Assembly (NCBI GenBank): GCA_037128175.1
Contig: JBAXWY010000023.1
Location: forward strand, 1-43,089
Origin: Methanothrix sp.
GTDB lineage: Archaea > Halobacteriota > Methanosarcinia > Methanotrichales > Methanotrichaceae
Reading direction: 5' to 3'
DNA length: 43,089 nt
The position numbers were made by a program, and so were the translations under genes. Position 1 is the first letter of the stretch. Every line of letters begins with the position of its first letter. Shown piece by piece: positions 29,323 to 38,352 of the stretch. A model generated the notes under the pieces. That model had not been told where the DNA came from. It did not search any database and was given only the letters and a program-made list of their open reading frames with translations.

Positions 29323-29661
29323 TATGCTTTTGCCATCAATTTTTAGGCAGACGAGATCAGCGCTCTCACCGGCATAAAATCTCTTTACCATCAGCGTCAG
29401 CCTGCCGCAGCTTAATGTCTCATTTATTCCGAGGACCCTCGATAAAGACGGCTCTTTCCCAGCCCGGATCAGCACCCAGACCTTTGCCGCCTGCGAATCT
29501 ATATCCTCTACCTGCAATGTGCAGTTTTCCATGGTATAATTATCATGCATAGAGAGAACGACCTCCTGGGAAAAGGCAGGATAAATCAAGATCATTAGAA
29601 ATAGGATACATGCAGATAATATGGATAATCCGATTGCCCCATTCATGCTGATGTTTATCAT
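29314..29661 (-). CDS. Small secreted protein with an S-layer-domain-like beta segment
   Basis: Signal peptide; TLQVEDIDSQAAKVWV resembles Methanomicrobia S-layer domain strands. Confidence 0.6.
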   Translation of the reverse strand: MINISMNGAIGLSILSACILFLMILIYPAFSQEVVLSMHDNYTMENCTLQVEDIDSQAAKVWVLIRAGKEPSLSRVLGINETLSCGRLTLMVKRFYAGESADLVCLKIDGKSISG

Positions 29662-29766
29662 CTCCCCGGCGGCGTCTTTGCAAGTGGCCAGCCTCGAAAG
29701 GATTTAGTACTTATGAATCTATCGTCTCTTAACACGAGATGTGTAAAAAGTAATACTGGTGTTTCC

Positions 29767-30159
29767 ATGAATGACGTAGGCATACTTATACTCGGGCATG
29801 GTTCCAGCCTGCCTTACAATAAAGAACTGGTGGAATCGCTTGCCCAGATGATCAGCAAAAACCACTCCGGACCGGTCAGGACCGCTTATCTCAATATGAA
29901 CCATCCCAACATCCCGGAGGGTCTGAATAGCTTTGCAGGAACCAATGTATCGAAGATCGTGGCTCTGCCCCTCTTTTTAGCCCACGGGGTTCATACCCGC
30001 CAGGACATTCCCCAGGAGATGGGCATAGATCCGCAAAAGCGCAGAGGCACTCTGATGATAGGGGGCAAAGAGGTAGAGGTCATCTGTGCCGAGCCACTGG
30101 GCGTGGACGAATGCATTGCGACACTGGCCTGCAAGCGAGCGAAAGAGGCTCTAAGGTAG
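29767..30159 (+). CDS. cfbA: Sirohydrochlorin nickelochelatase
   Basis: GHGSSLPYN, PLFLAHGVHTRQDIP, EPLG; first gene of the cfb cluster. Confidence 0.93.
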   Translation: MNDVGILILGHGSSLPYNKELVESLAQMISKNHSGPVRTAYLNMNHPNIPEGLNSFAGTNVSKIVALPLFLAHGVHTRQDIPQEMGIDPQKRRGTLMIGGKEVEVICAEPLGVDECIATLACKRAKEALR

Positions 30160-31370
30160 CCGTACTGGACACCATCCACGGTGGAGCCACAATAGCTCGC
30201 CGGATGGTCGAATCGGGCCTGCGGGCTGAGGCATTCGAGGTATATCACCACACTCCAGATCTGGAAGGTTTCGATTTGGTGGTAGCTCCCGTACACCTTG
30301 CACCCGGCAATCCGACTTTAGCTCTGGCTAAGACGGCCAAGAAAAAGATAATCACCCACCATCAAGCGGTGGGCGAACTGCTGATGAGGGAAAGAGTTGA
30401 TCCGGCCATGGAGGTCTTCGAGGTGACGGGCACGCACAGCAAGACCTCCACGGCCCTCTTGCTGGCCATGATGCTCTCCTGGCAAAAGAAGGTCTTATCC
30501 CACACCACTCGCGGCCTAGAGATCTGGCAAGATGGCAAAGCCCGCATTCTGGAAAAGGGGCTTTCCATCACACCCGGAAATGTGATTCATGCCGCACAAG
30601 TCGCAAAGGCCCACAGAGTAGAGGCCCTGATCTGTGAGATCTCTTTGGGCGGCACGGGCCTGGCCGATTATGGGATCGTGACCAGCCTTTCCGGAGACTA
30701 TTCCATAGCCAATGCCACCAAGTGGGCCAGCACTGCCAAGCTGCAGATGCTTAGCCTTGCCAGGAGCGGCGCCAAGATTCTGGCCAACAGCGACGCCCGG
30801 CTCTCCCCAGATGTTTCTTTTGCCAGAGGTGGAAGGGTTTATGCCAGGCCGGATAGTTTGATCTTTGCAAAAGAAGAGGTGCATCTGGATTTGGGGCAGG
30901 ATCTGGACTTCTTGGGCTACGAGACGGCATTAGCAGGAGCCGCGGCTGCCGCAGAACTGGCCGGCATAGCGAGGAGCATGGTTGCCCAGGCCCTCACCGG
31001 TTTCGACGGCTTTTCCGGGCGCATGAAGATCAAGCGGCTGCCCAATCAGACATTCTTCGACAGTTCCAACTCCGGGCTCAAAGTCCGGGACGTGGCACGA
31101 GCGCTGGACCGGGCCAGTGGCCCCGACCTGTTCGTAGTGGTGGGAGAAGACAAGGAAACCGTATGTGAAGGCATGAACATCCTTGCTCTCTCCGAACTGC
31201 TCCGGCAAAGGAAAAGCGAGATGGCAAAGCTGATAATAGTAGGAGAAAGACTTGTCCCCCTGGCGGAAGAGCTGGGGGCGGCTACCGCCAAAAATTTGCA
31301 GCAAGGGCTGGAAATGGCTCAGAAAGACAAACCGAAAAGGCTGCTTTCCTGTGTAAAATGCTTTAGGTGA
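30111..31370 (+). CDS. cfbE: Coenzyme F430 synthase (Mur-ligase-like)
   Basis: VLDTIHGG, APVHL, ITHH.AV, EVTGTHSKTST, EISLGGTG, DSSNSG, VCEG, CVKCFR; exact start uncertain. Confidence 0.93.
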   Translation: MHCDTGLQASERGSKVAVLDTIHGGATIARRMVESGLRAEAFEVYHHTPDLEGFDLVVAPVHLAPGNPTLALAKTAKKKIITHHQAVGELLMRERVDPAMEVFEVTGTHSKTSTALLLAMMLSWQKKVLSHTTRGLEIWQDGKARILEKGLSITPGNVIHAAQVAKAHRVEALICEISLGGTGLADYGIVTSLSGDYSIANATKWASTAKLQMLSLARSGAKILANSDARLSPDVSFARGGRVYARPDSLIFAKEEVHLDLGQDLDFLGYETALAGAAAAAELAGIARSMVAQALTGFDGFSGRMKIKRLPNQTFFDSSNSGLKVRDVARALDRASGPDLFVVVGEDKETVCEGMNILALSELLRQRKSEMAKLIIVGERLVPLAEELGAATAKNLQQGLEMAQKDKPKRLLSCVKCFR

Positions 31371-31375
31371 TATGA

Positions 31376-32476
31376 ATGACTAGCGATAACTTAACAATAC
31401 TTCATCCCAGACCAAGCTCCATTGTGGCCGCTCTTTACACACTGCGCGATCTAGGTGCCGAGGTGGTTATACTGCACGGCCCAAGCGGATGCTGCTTCAA
31501 GCATGCCCGTCTCTTAGAGGAGGATGGTGTGCGGGTACTTACTACCGCACTGGACGAAGCGGGATTCGTCTTCGGAGGCCAGCAGCCGCTCACTGCTCTC
31601 CTCAAGAAGGCCAATGAATTGTTCCATCCCAAACTTATGGCCATCTCAGGGACCTGTAGCAGCATGATCATCGGTGACGATCTGCACCAGGCCGTACTCA
31701 ATGCCGACCTGGACATACCCGTCCTGGAGGTAGAGGTTCACGCCGGCTACAGAGACAATACCAAGGGCGTGATCATCACATTGGAGGCGGCCAGAGACAA
31801 GGGGATCATAGATGAGACTGAGCTAGTCCGGCAGAAGGGACTGCTCGAGAAAGCCACCCTTGTCGAGAAGCTCTACGGAGCCGCGAGCAGCGAGTACCTG
31901 GCCCCGGAGCGGGGTGATCTCAAATATGAGGCAGCTGCCAGGCTTCTTGAGCTCATCCGGCAAGGCAAGAAGGGCCTGAATATTCTCAATGCCAAGAAGG
32001 AGACGGCCTATATGTTTGCCGACATTACCGCAGCCGTGGCAGAGGTTGCCGGCGATCAGGTGGACACCCTCGCCAACCTGGACGACCAGGTGGGCCTGCC
32101 CAAAGTGAGAAGGGACGCAGCTAATATTGCCCGCGACCTAATGGCGCGCAATGTGTTTTACCAGCTCATCGGCGGACTGGACGAGTACCCGGTGACAGGT
32201 GACGCCGTGAAAAATATGGCTGCCAAAAAGCATTACGACTTTGCCGTGATCTCGGGTGTGCCCCATGCCCTACCGGTATCGGCTTTTGAAGGCATGGAGA
32301 TATTCTCTATCACCAATGGACCGCGCCAGGTCAAACCTCTGCGCGATTTAGGACACCAGCATGTTACTGTTGAGCTGGATTTGCATCCCAAGACCATGGG
32401 CGTGAAAACTCTGGTGGAATCGGAGTTTGGAGCCACATTGCGGGCATTAAATAAGGCCAAAGCTAAAGAGAGCTAA
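31376..32476 (+). CDS. cfbD: Ni-sirohydrochlorin a,c-diamide reductive cyclase, catalytic NifD-like subunit
   Basis: [57 protein letters not shown]. Confidence 0.96.
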   Translation: MTSDNLTILHPRPSSIVAALYTLRDLGAEVVILHGPSGCCFKHARLLEEDGVRVLTTALDEAGFVFGGQQPLTALLKKANELFHPKLMAISGTCSSMIIGDDLHQAVLNADLDIPVLEVEVHAGYRDNTKGVIITLEAARDKGIIDETELVRQKGLLEKATLVEKLYGAASSEYLAPERGDLKYEAAARLLELIRQGKKGLNILNAKKETAYMFADITAAVAEVAGDQVDTLANLDDQVGLPKVRRDAANIARDLMARNVFYQLIGGLDEYPVTGDAVKNMAAKKHYDFAVISGVPHALPVSAFEGMEIFSITNGPRQVKPLRDLGHQHVTVELDLHPKTMGVKTLVESEFGATLRALNKAKAKES

Positions 32477-32498
32477 AAAAGATATTTTTTTGGATTTT

Positions 32499-32789
32499 TT
32501 AGAAAGATTTGGGTAGTTCGGTAAGCAGCGCGTATATGACAAAGCCCAGGGTGCCGATGATGCCTATGCCGGCCATAGAGATCTTGGCGATCATAGTGAA
32601 CTCCTCACGACTGGGCTTTCGGGCCAGCCTTAAAACCCGCATGTACTCATTTACATTCGTGGAAGGCATAGTTACGCCCAGATCCACGTTATCCAGACTC
32701 AGCTTGCTCTTAATATCTCGCTTATTCTTGAGTTCGAGCTTCTGCGCAGCAAAGCCCTTCTTCTCAGTATCGTTAGTTCCCTCGCTCAT
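32499..32789 (-). CDS. secE: Protein translocase SecE/Sec61-gamma
   Basis: EYMRVLRLARKPSREEF followed by one TM helix. Confidence 0.93.
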   Translation of the reverse strand: MSEGTNDTEKKGFAAQKLELKNKRDIKSKLSLDNVDLGVTMPSTNVNEYMRVLRLARKPSREEFTMIAKISMAGIGIIGTLGFVIYALLTELPKSF

Positions 32790-32877
32790 TCCCCAATGGG
32801 AAGGAATTAGAGAATAAAAAACCTTTCGATCGATTTCTTTTGCCGATCGCTTTCAGGGAGATCCTCATATCATTGTT

Positions 32878-33249
32878 GAGCTGTGGTCCCTGGCCCGCGA
32901 GCGGCTGAAATCCCTGGCCAATAGAGCGCACGGGATGCGGTGGTAGTTGCAGCTTGGCAGCGGTGATCCCAAGGCCAGCCTGGCGGCCGCCAAATACATC
33001 CTGCAAGGCACCAGGCTCTTGGGTGATACAGATCTGCTCAAGAAAGGCCCAACGACTCCCGAGGGCGTGATTCTGCAGGATCCACGAAGCGAAGCCCGGC
33101 AGGAGCTGGCAGCCAAAGAGGGACCAGCTATGCCGAGATTTGAGTTTGACCCATTCCGTGCCGAGAGGGAGGAGGAACTTTCGACCAGGGTCGAGGATTT
33201 GGCTAAGAGCAGACTGAAGAAAGCGATGGCGGAAGCGGGGCTTGCATGA
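32878..33249 (+). pseudogene. 5'-truncated, disrupted phage/MGE-type gene
   Basis: ELWSLARERLKSLANRA, then an in-frame stop, then LQLGSGDPKASLAAAKYIL; no intact N-terminus; ATGA overlap with the HNH gene. Confidence 0.5.
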
Positions 33250-33473
33250 CTACAAAACGTGACTACAAAAAGGAATATCGCGAGTACCATGGCAAACCTG
33301 AGCAGATCGCGGCCCGCTCACATCGAGATGCTGCAAGGGCAAAGGTAGGGCTTGATGTTGGCGATAAAAGAGAATGCGACCACAAAAACCCGATTAGCAA
33401 CGGTGGAAGCAATCGAAAAGACAATCTCCGGGCGGTGGCAAGGAGCACAAACCGCAAGAAAGGAGCTAAATGA
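33246..33473 (+). CDS. Small phage-type HNH endonuclease-like protein
   Basis: KRDYKKEY..YHGKPEQ; DHKNPISNGGSN..NLR....NR HNH core. Confidence 0.8.
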   Translation: MTTKRDYKKEYREYHGKPEQIAARSHRDAARAKVGLDVGDKRECDHKNPISNGGSNRKDNLRAVARSTNRKKGAK

Positions 33474-33581
33474 TAGATATTTCGGGACCTATTTCGTTTT
33501 GGAAGGCATTTACATTTTGGCAGGTGGCACCCAAAACTATTTCGCGTGAGCGATGGTTTAGGCACCACGAGGAAGAGATAA

Positions 33582-35483
33582 ATGGAGGGAGACACGTTAG
33601 AACCCAACGAGCGCCAATACTGGCTCTGGGTAACTCGTCCTGATTACTATTTAGAAGATGATGGCAGCGATCGAGAAATCCTTGATCCTACATATTGTAC
33701 GGATTCTGGAGGTTGGTGGACCTGTCATAAAGACACCAAGAAAGGTGACTTAGTATTCTTATGGCGCACTTCACCCAAGAAAGATATTGGCTATTTGATC
33801 CAGGCAGAAAGTGATGCGTATTCGATTGTTGATGATAACGATCATGGATGGGATTATGGTTGTGATTTTGAGGTTCTCTTCAAATTTGATCACCCTGTAC
33901 ATATAAAAGATCTACGTGATAGTCCTTATTTTGAAGAATGGAGCCCTTTAAGCGGCAGTTTCCAAAAAAGCAATTTTAAAATTTCGTCCGAATACTGGAA
34001 TAAACTGAATCAATTAGCTGCAGATAAAAATCCTGGATATAAGGATTTTATCGAACAAATTCAAAAGGAGCCTATAGCAGAAGGCATACGATTAGAAATA
34101 GAACTTGAGGATACATTAGCTAAAAATTTAAAAGTTTTAAAAAAATTTGGGCACGATTTAGAATTATATGTTGATCCAGCGTCAAAACTATCGGGGAGAC
34201 AACTTATTTGCAAAGGCAACGGTGGACGCATCGACTTACTTTGTTGCGATAGGACCCAAAAAAGATATGTTGTAATTGAATTGAAAAACGTACGAGCAGG
34301 TCAAAATACATTCGGACAAATATCCAACTATATGGGATGGGTTCAAAACCGAATTGCAAAAAACCTTCCAGTTATTGGGGTCGTAATTAGCAGAGGTTAT
34401 GATACAAGATTTGAGTCTGCATTAAAAATAACGGATAGAATCAGTTATATAAATGTCGATGATCTAGGATTTGCTATTGCTCCTTCTAAGAAAATACAAG
34501 AATTTATTCAAAGGCAAAAAGACACTTCCCCAGCAGGAATAAGAATCGCAAATTCCAGAGAAGCCAAATCATGGCTCAAGAAAGGAAATGCCTTCTTTGA
34601 TCAAGGAAAATATGAAGATGCCATCCCCTGCTATGACAATGTTATTGAAAAAGATCCCAATAATAAATGGGGATGGATCAATAAAGGATGGGCACTAGCG
34701 GAGCTTAAGAAGCATGGAGAAGCAATCTCGTGCTTAGATCATACCACAGAAATGTACCCAAAATCGGCAGACGTTTGGAGCAGAAAAGGGTTTGCTTTAA
34801 ACAGTTTAAATAAATTTGACGATGCGATAGTTGCTTTTGATAAGGCCATTGAGCTAAAACCTAAGTTTGCAGATGCTTGGAATGGCAAGGGCATTGTTCT
34901 TTGCAATACGGAAAAGTATGATGAAGCTATTCAAGCTTATGATAAAGCAACAATAATAAGACCAAAGTTTGCTCTGGCTTGGAGCAATAAGGGCTTGGCT
35001 TTAGCTAATCGGGGCAAATATGATGAGGCCATCAAGGCTTATGACGAGGCCATCAGATTAGATCCCAATAATGTCATGGCACGAATCAACAAGGGCGGTG
35101 CACTGGGCCAACAAGGCAAACATGACGAAGCCGTTGGAGTAATTGACGAAGCAATAGAGATCGATCCGCAGACTGCCACTCTCTGGTCTTTAAAAGGCTT
35201 GGTTCTTAACGACCAGGACAAGTATGACAAAGCCATCCAGGCCTACAATAAGGCAATCGAGTTAGATCCAGAAGACGCTGATATCTGGAACAACAAAGGC
35301 AATGCTCTCTATGACCAGGAAAAATACGATGAGGCCATACAGGCTTACGACAAGGCCATCGAACTTGATCCTAAACTCGCAGATGCATGGATGAACAAAA
35401 GCGAGGTATTCAAGTCCCTTGGGAAAAACACTGAGGCGGATACTGCCTTTGCCAAGGCCAAGGAGCTGGGGTATAAAGGCTGA
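33582..35483 (+). CDS. EVE domain + NucS-like PD-(D/E)XK nuclease + 9 TPR fusion
   Basis: YWLWVTRP..WWTC..KKGDLVFLW (EVE-like); GRIDLL..VIELK nuclease motif; nine 34-aa TPRs ending AKAKELGYKG. Confidence 0.8.
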   Translation: MEGDTLEPNERQYWLWVTRPDYYLEDDGSDREILDPTYCTDSGGWWTCHKDTKKGDLVFLWRTSPKKDIGYLIQAESDAYSIVDDNDHGWDYGCDFEVLFKFDHPVHIKDLRDSPYFEEWSPLSGSFQKSNFKISSEYWNKLNQLAADKNPGYKDFIEQIQKEPIAEGIRLEIELEDTLAKNLKVLKKFGHDLELYVDPASKLSGRQLICKGNGGRIDLLCCDRTQKRYVVIELKNVRAGQNTFGQISNYMGWVQNRIAKNLPVIGVVISRGYDTRFESALKITDRISYINVDDLGFAIAPSKKIQEFIQRQKDTSPAGIRIANSREAKSWLKKGNAFFDQGKYEDAIPCYDNVIEKDPNNKWGWINKGWALAELKKHGEAISCLDHTTEMYPKSADVWSRKGFALNSLNKFDDAIVAFDKAIELKPKFADAWNGKGIVLCNTEKYDEAIQAYDKATIIRPKFALAWSNKGLALANRGKYDEAIKAYDEAIRLDPNNVMARINKGGALGQQGKHDEAVGVIDEAIEIDPQTATLWSLKGLVLNDQDKYDKAIQAYNKAIELDPEDADIWNNKGNALYDQEKYDEAIQAYDKAIELDPKLADAWMNKSEVFKSLGKNTEADTAFAKAKELGYKG

Positions 35484-35500
35484 TCGCCCCCCAGTGCCTG

Positions 35501-35578
35501 ATAGACGCCCTTGTCTACGAGCTTTATGTGCTGACTGAAGAGGAGATCAGGATTGTGGAAGGAGTTCATGATAGATGA
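35501..35578 (+). pseudogene. Extreme 3' remnant of a Type IIG/IIL restriction-modification gene
   Basis: IDALVYELYVLTEEEIRIVEG matches the typical ID.LVYELYGLTEEEI.IVE terminus. Confidence 0.75.
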
Positions 35579-35711
35579 AGGCCAGGAGGCCGTGAATATT
35601 CGCTTCCATCGCGACCATGTGGCACAGCTCACCCAAAGCATAAGCCAGCTATCATTGAAGCCCGGAGAAGTGGGGATCAAGAAAAAAGGCTGGTGGCAAT
35701 TCTGGAAGTGA
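35568..35711 (+). CDS. 47-aa ORF or gene tail ending KKKGWWQFWK
   Basis: MIDEGQEAVNIRFHRDHVAQLTQSISQLSLKPGEVGIKKKGWWQFWK; GAAGGAG RBS; related decayed tail at 37730-37837. Confidence 0.5.
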   Translation: MIDEGQEAVNIRFHRDHVAQLTQSISQLSLKPGEVGIKKKGWWQFWK

Positions 35712-35715
35712 CAAA

Positions 35716-36546
35716 ATGGATGAAGCGGTCTTAAAGGAAAAACTAGCAGCAGCAAAAAAAGATCTGAACGAATGGGAAAAATTGAACGAGATACTAGGAG
35801 AATCAAAGCCCGGCCAGCCTGATTATCATCCATGGGCCTCTTGCTTACTATATGGGCGAAAATCAAACAAGCTTCAAGAAGGCAGAGTATACTGCAAGAA
35901 TGAGAAATATGGTAAATGTGTCTTCTTCGATAATTGCTGCAACAACGATAATTGCATGCCAAAGTGGCGAGTGCATCACAGACTTGTTCACCCCAATGAA
36001 TATCGGCGATATGTGCTCTGTAATGAATGTAAACGAATTCAAAAGCTTGTAGCCGAATCTATGGCAAATGGCATATCTGACTTGAAAAACGAATTGAATA
36101 AGCCAAATAAAACAAGAGATCTAAATGATATTGCACGAAAGCTCATCGAGATGCCCAAAGATACAAATTCATCTATAGAATCAACGATTGATGCCGATTT
36201 AGATTCAATTTTAGCAGAAGAAGAAAAAGAAGATTTATTTGAAGGAATAAAAGGCCAAAGATTTATTAATTTCTATGAACGCAATAAGAAACTACGCAAA
36301 AAAGCAATTGCGATTCATGGGTTCAAATGTATGGCTTGTGACTTCGATTTTAAGCAAAGATATGGAGCCCGAGGTGAAAATTTTATTGAAGTTCATCATC
36401 TGAAACCGGTTAGCACGCTCGAAAAAGAAACTAATGTTGACCCTAAAACAGAAATGGCCGTTGTATGTTCAAACTGCCATAGAATGATTCATCGAAAAAA
36501 AGACGAGGTACTTTCACTAGATGAGCTAAGGAAAATCATAAGGTAA
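35716..36546 (+). CDS. McrA-like HNH endonuclease with a Cys-rich N-terminal region
   Basis: YERN..LR..AI..HG..CMACDFDF..YG..G..FIEVHH..P...VCSNCHRMIH. Confidence 0.9.
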   Translation: MDEAVLKEKLAAAKKDLNEWEKLNEILGESKPGQPDYHPWASCLLYGRKSNKLQEGRVYCKNEKYGKCVFFDNCCNNDNCMPKWRVHHRLVHPNEYRRYVLCNECKRIQKLVAESMANGISDLKNELNKPNKTRDLNDIARKLIEMPKDTNSSIESTIDADLDSILAEEEKEDLFEGIKGQRFINFYERNKKLRKKAIAIHGFKCMACDFDFKQRYGARGENFIEVHHLKPVSTLEKETNVDPKTEMAVVCSNCHRMIHRKKDEVLSLDELRKIIR

Positions 36547-36610
36547 AAAAAAAACAGTGGCAATTCTGGAAATGATCGACTATAAAAGGCAACACGTGAC
36601 ATGGTTTGAC

Positions 36611-36790
36611 ATGCCCCCACAGTCTCCTCGTGGCCGTATACTTTGGATACTAGACAACCACGGCAGAAATATGGAGCGGAGCAGATTGAGAAGATGCGCA
36701 GGGATGAGACTTGCAGACATGGACCCGATCCAGGTCGCGCTGGCCCAGGGAAGGCAGGATCTCAGGCGATACGGTGAGCTTCACCCTTCC
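36611..36790 (+). pseudogene. Frameshifted small winged-helix-like gene
   Basis: RGRILWILDNHGRNMERSRLRRCAGMRLADMDPIQVALA continues as REGRISGDTVSF in another frame (shift near 36745). Confidence 0.5.
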
Positions 36791-37002
36791 AGCCAGAACT
36801 CCTGCGGCCACAGCCCGTCATTTTCGCCGCAGGCTTCTTGAGAGGAGACTTCGTCAACGCGATTCTGGATCATCTCATCCACCTCAAAGAGCCTGACCAT
36901 GAAGACCTCGGCCAGGATCTCTCTCGCGACTTCCAGCTCCATAGCCTTCTGACTCATTGCCCTCTTTTGTGGCCTGATTAACTGCTCAAGGACTCCTGCC
37001 AT
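36781..37002 (-). CDS. Small hypothetical protein, copy 2
   Basis: MAGVLEQLIRPQKRA...ELEVAREILAEVF...EVDEMIQNR...LWPQEFWLE. Confidence 0.8.
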   Translation of the reverse strand: MAGVLEQLIRPQKRAMSQKAMELEVAREILAEVFMVRLFEVDEMIQNRVDEVSSQEACGENDGLWPQEFWLEG

Positions 37003-37181
37003 AGTATGCCTATCATACGTGTAAGTTTAAGTACTTTCGCAGGAAAACAATATCAATAAACCATTTTTACATAATATAAAGTATAAATAAGATACAAAAG
37101 AGAGAATGATATCGAAACAGGCACCTCATCTATTCTCTCCGAAGTCTCGATTGCCGGAAACATCAAGAAGCTGAAGGATAA
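36960..37181. repeat. Conserved block, directly repeated at about 38310-38498 plus 39834-39865 (second copy split by IS256)
   Basis: Near-identical sequence from CCTCTTTTGTGGCCTGATT to AAGCTGAAGGATAA; diverged inverted homolog at about 27780-27893. Confidence 0.92.
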
Positions 37182-37461
37182 TGGAAGGTCACAGTTTTAT
37201 AGTTTTAATGCCCATATATTGATAGGTGAAATAGACTATGCTGTGGAACCTTGTGAAGAAGATTATAAAAATACACCTTCTCGTGATTGGCTTGATAGCT
37301 CTTCTGTGTTTCGTGAAAAAGAAGCATCACTGCTGCTGCCACAAAGAGAAAGAATAAACAACCATTTTTACCGGCTAGGAATAGGCTTAATCCTCTTCTC
37401 ATGCGTGGCGTTAAGCTTATGTTATCTCTTTACCTATTACCAAAGACGGCAGGAGAGACAA

Positions 37462-37689
37462 ATGGACGATAATAAGTTGATGAATTATATAGAGCGGTTG
37501 CGATTAGAATACGCGCCCATCGGAAAAGAGGCAGACCGCATTGAACTTTTGCAGGCAGTTGATGAGCTTGATAATCTGATCGAGGCAGAATATAAGAAAC
37601 CGGAAAGCGAGAGGCAAGATGGAGTGATAAAGTATTTTACGGTTGGTCTTATGGCACGGTTTGATCAATATTTTGCAGAGGATCGCTAG
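37462..37689 (+). CDS. Small acidic helical hypothetical protein
   Basis: ATG after AGGAGA RBS (MDDNKLMNYIERL...); frame is open further upstream, so the start is uncertain. Confidence 0.55.
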   Translation: MDDNKLMNYIERLRLEYAPIGKEADRIELLQAVDELDNLIEAEYKKPESERQDGVIKYFTVGLMARFDQYFAEDR

Positions 37690-37729
37690 CATTAGAATGA
37701 TAGATATTTGGCGGTTTTTCCGCTATTTT

Positions 37730-37837
37730 CTTTTCTGCGCCAAGCATGGCTGGTCAGCTCTCGGAGAAGATCACCCCGGCACTACCACCAAGCCAGGAAG
37801 AGGCTAAGAAAAAGGCTGGTGGCGGTTCTGGAAATAA
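37730..37837 (+). pseudogene. Decayed gene tail KITPALPPSQEEAKK.GWWRFWK
   Basis: Homologous to the end of 35568..35711; frameshift in the A-run; no start. Confidence 0.6.
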
Positions 37838-37897
37838 CCGCCTATGTATCCAAAACCTTTTTCGTTAAGATCACCCAATATTAAAGCGAGTTAAGGA

Positions 37898-38119
37898 ATG
37901 AGTAAAATGATCTTAATGAGCTTGGTCGTTAGGGCTATATTGGCAATCGTCGGCGGTTGGCTGGTATGGTTACAGTTAGGACAACTAGTCACGATGATAA
38001 ATACGCATAGCATCAACGTCCTTAGTGTGATCTTGCTAGTGGTAGGTATACTCTTGTTATTGTATGCGATCAAACCCAATTTCCTGAGGACTAAACGATG
38101 GTGGCAGATCTGGAAATAG
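37898..38119 (+). CDS. Small two-TM membrane protein ending KRWWQIWK
   Basis: Two hydrophobic helices; stop codon supplied by the fourth repeat. Confidence 0.65.
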   Translation: MSKMILMSLVVRAILAIVGGWLVWLQLGQLVTMINTHSINVLSVILLVVGILLLLYAIKPNFLRTKRWWQIWK

Positions 38120-38124
38120 GCACC

Positions 38125-38352
38125 CTATTCCAGCCAGAACTCTGCAGGCCACAACTCTTCTTCTTTAGAGACTACACCCTTAGAGCTAGCGGCTTCAAAA
38201 CGGTTCCGGATCATCTCATACACCTCTGAGATCCTGACCTTGAAGATCTCTGCTAGGATCTCCTTGGCCGTCTGGAGCTCCAAGGCCTTTGGATTGCAAT
38301 GCACCACGGCCCTCTTTTGTGGCCTGATTAGCTGCTCAAGGACTCCGGCCAT
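38125..38352 (-). CDS. Small hypothetical protein, copy 3
   Basis: MAGVLEQLIRPQKRA...KALELQTAKEILAEIF...EVYEMIRNR...LWPAEFWLE. Confidence 0.8.
   Translation of the reverse strand: MAGVLEQLIRPQKRAVVHCNPKALELQTAKEILAEIFKVRISEVYEMIRNRFEAASSKGVVSKEEELWPAEFWLE

Larger units (their letters stand above)
35691..38119 (+). repeat. Four direct copies of a 21-bp WWQFWK-stop motif
   Basis: TGGTGGCAATTCTGGAAGTGA (35691), CAGTGGCAATTCTGGAAATGA (36555), TGGTGGCGGTTCTGGAAATAA (37817), TGGTGGCAGATCTGGAAATAG (38099). Confidence 0.9.

Noticed and set aside
37219-37461. N-terminal half of the 156-aa ORF as part of a membrane protein
   Set aside because: Weak TTG start with no RBS; a better RBS/ATG at 37462; looks like read-through of relic sequence (not fully excluded)
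35691-38119. 21-bp repeats as a CRISPR array or integron attC sites
   Set aside because: Spacing is 280-1260 bp, the repeats are non-palindromic, there are no RYYYAAC...GTTRRRY stems and no cas or intI genes
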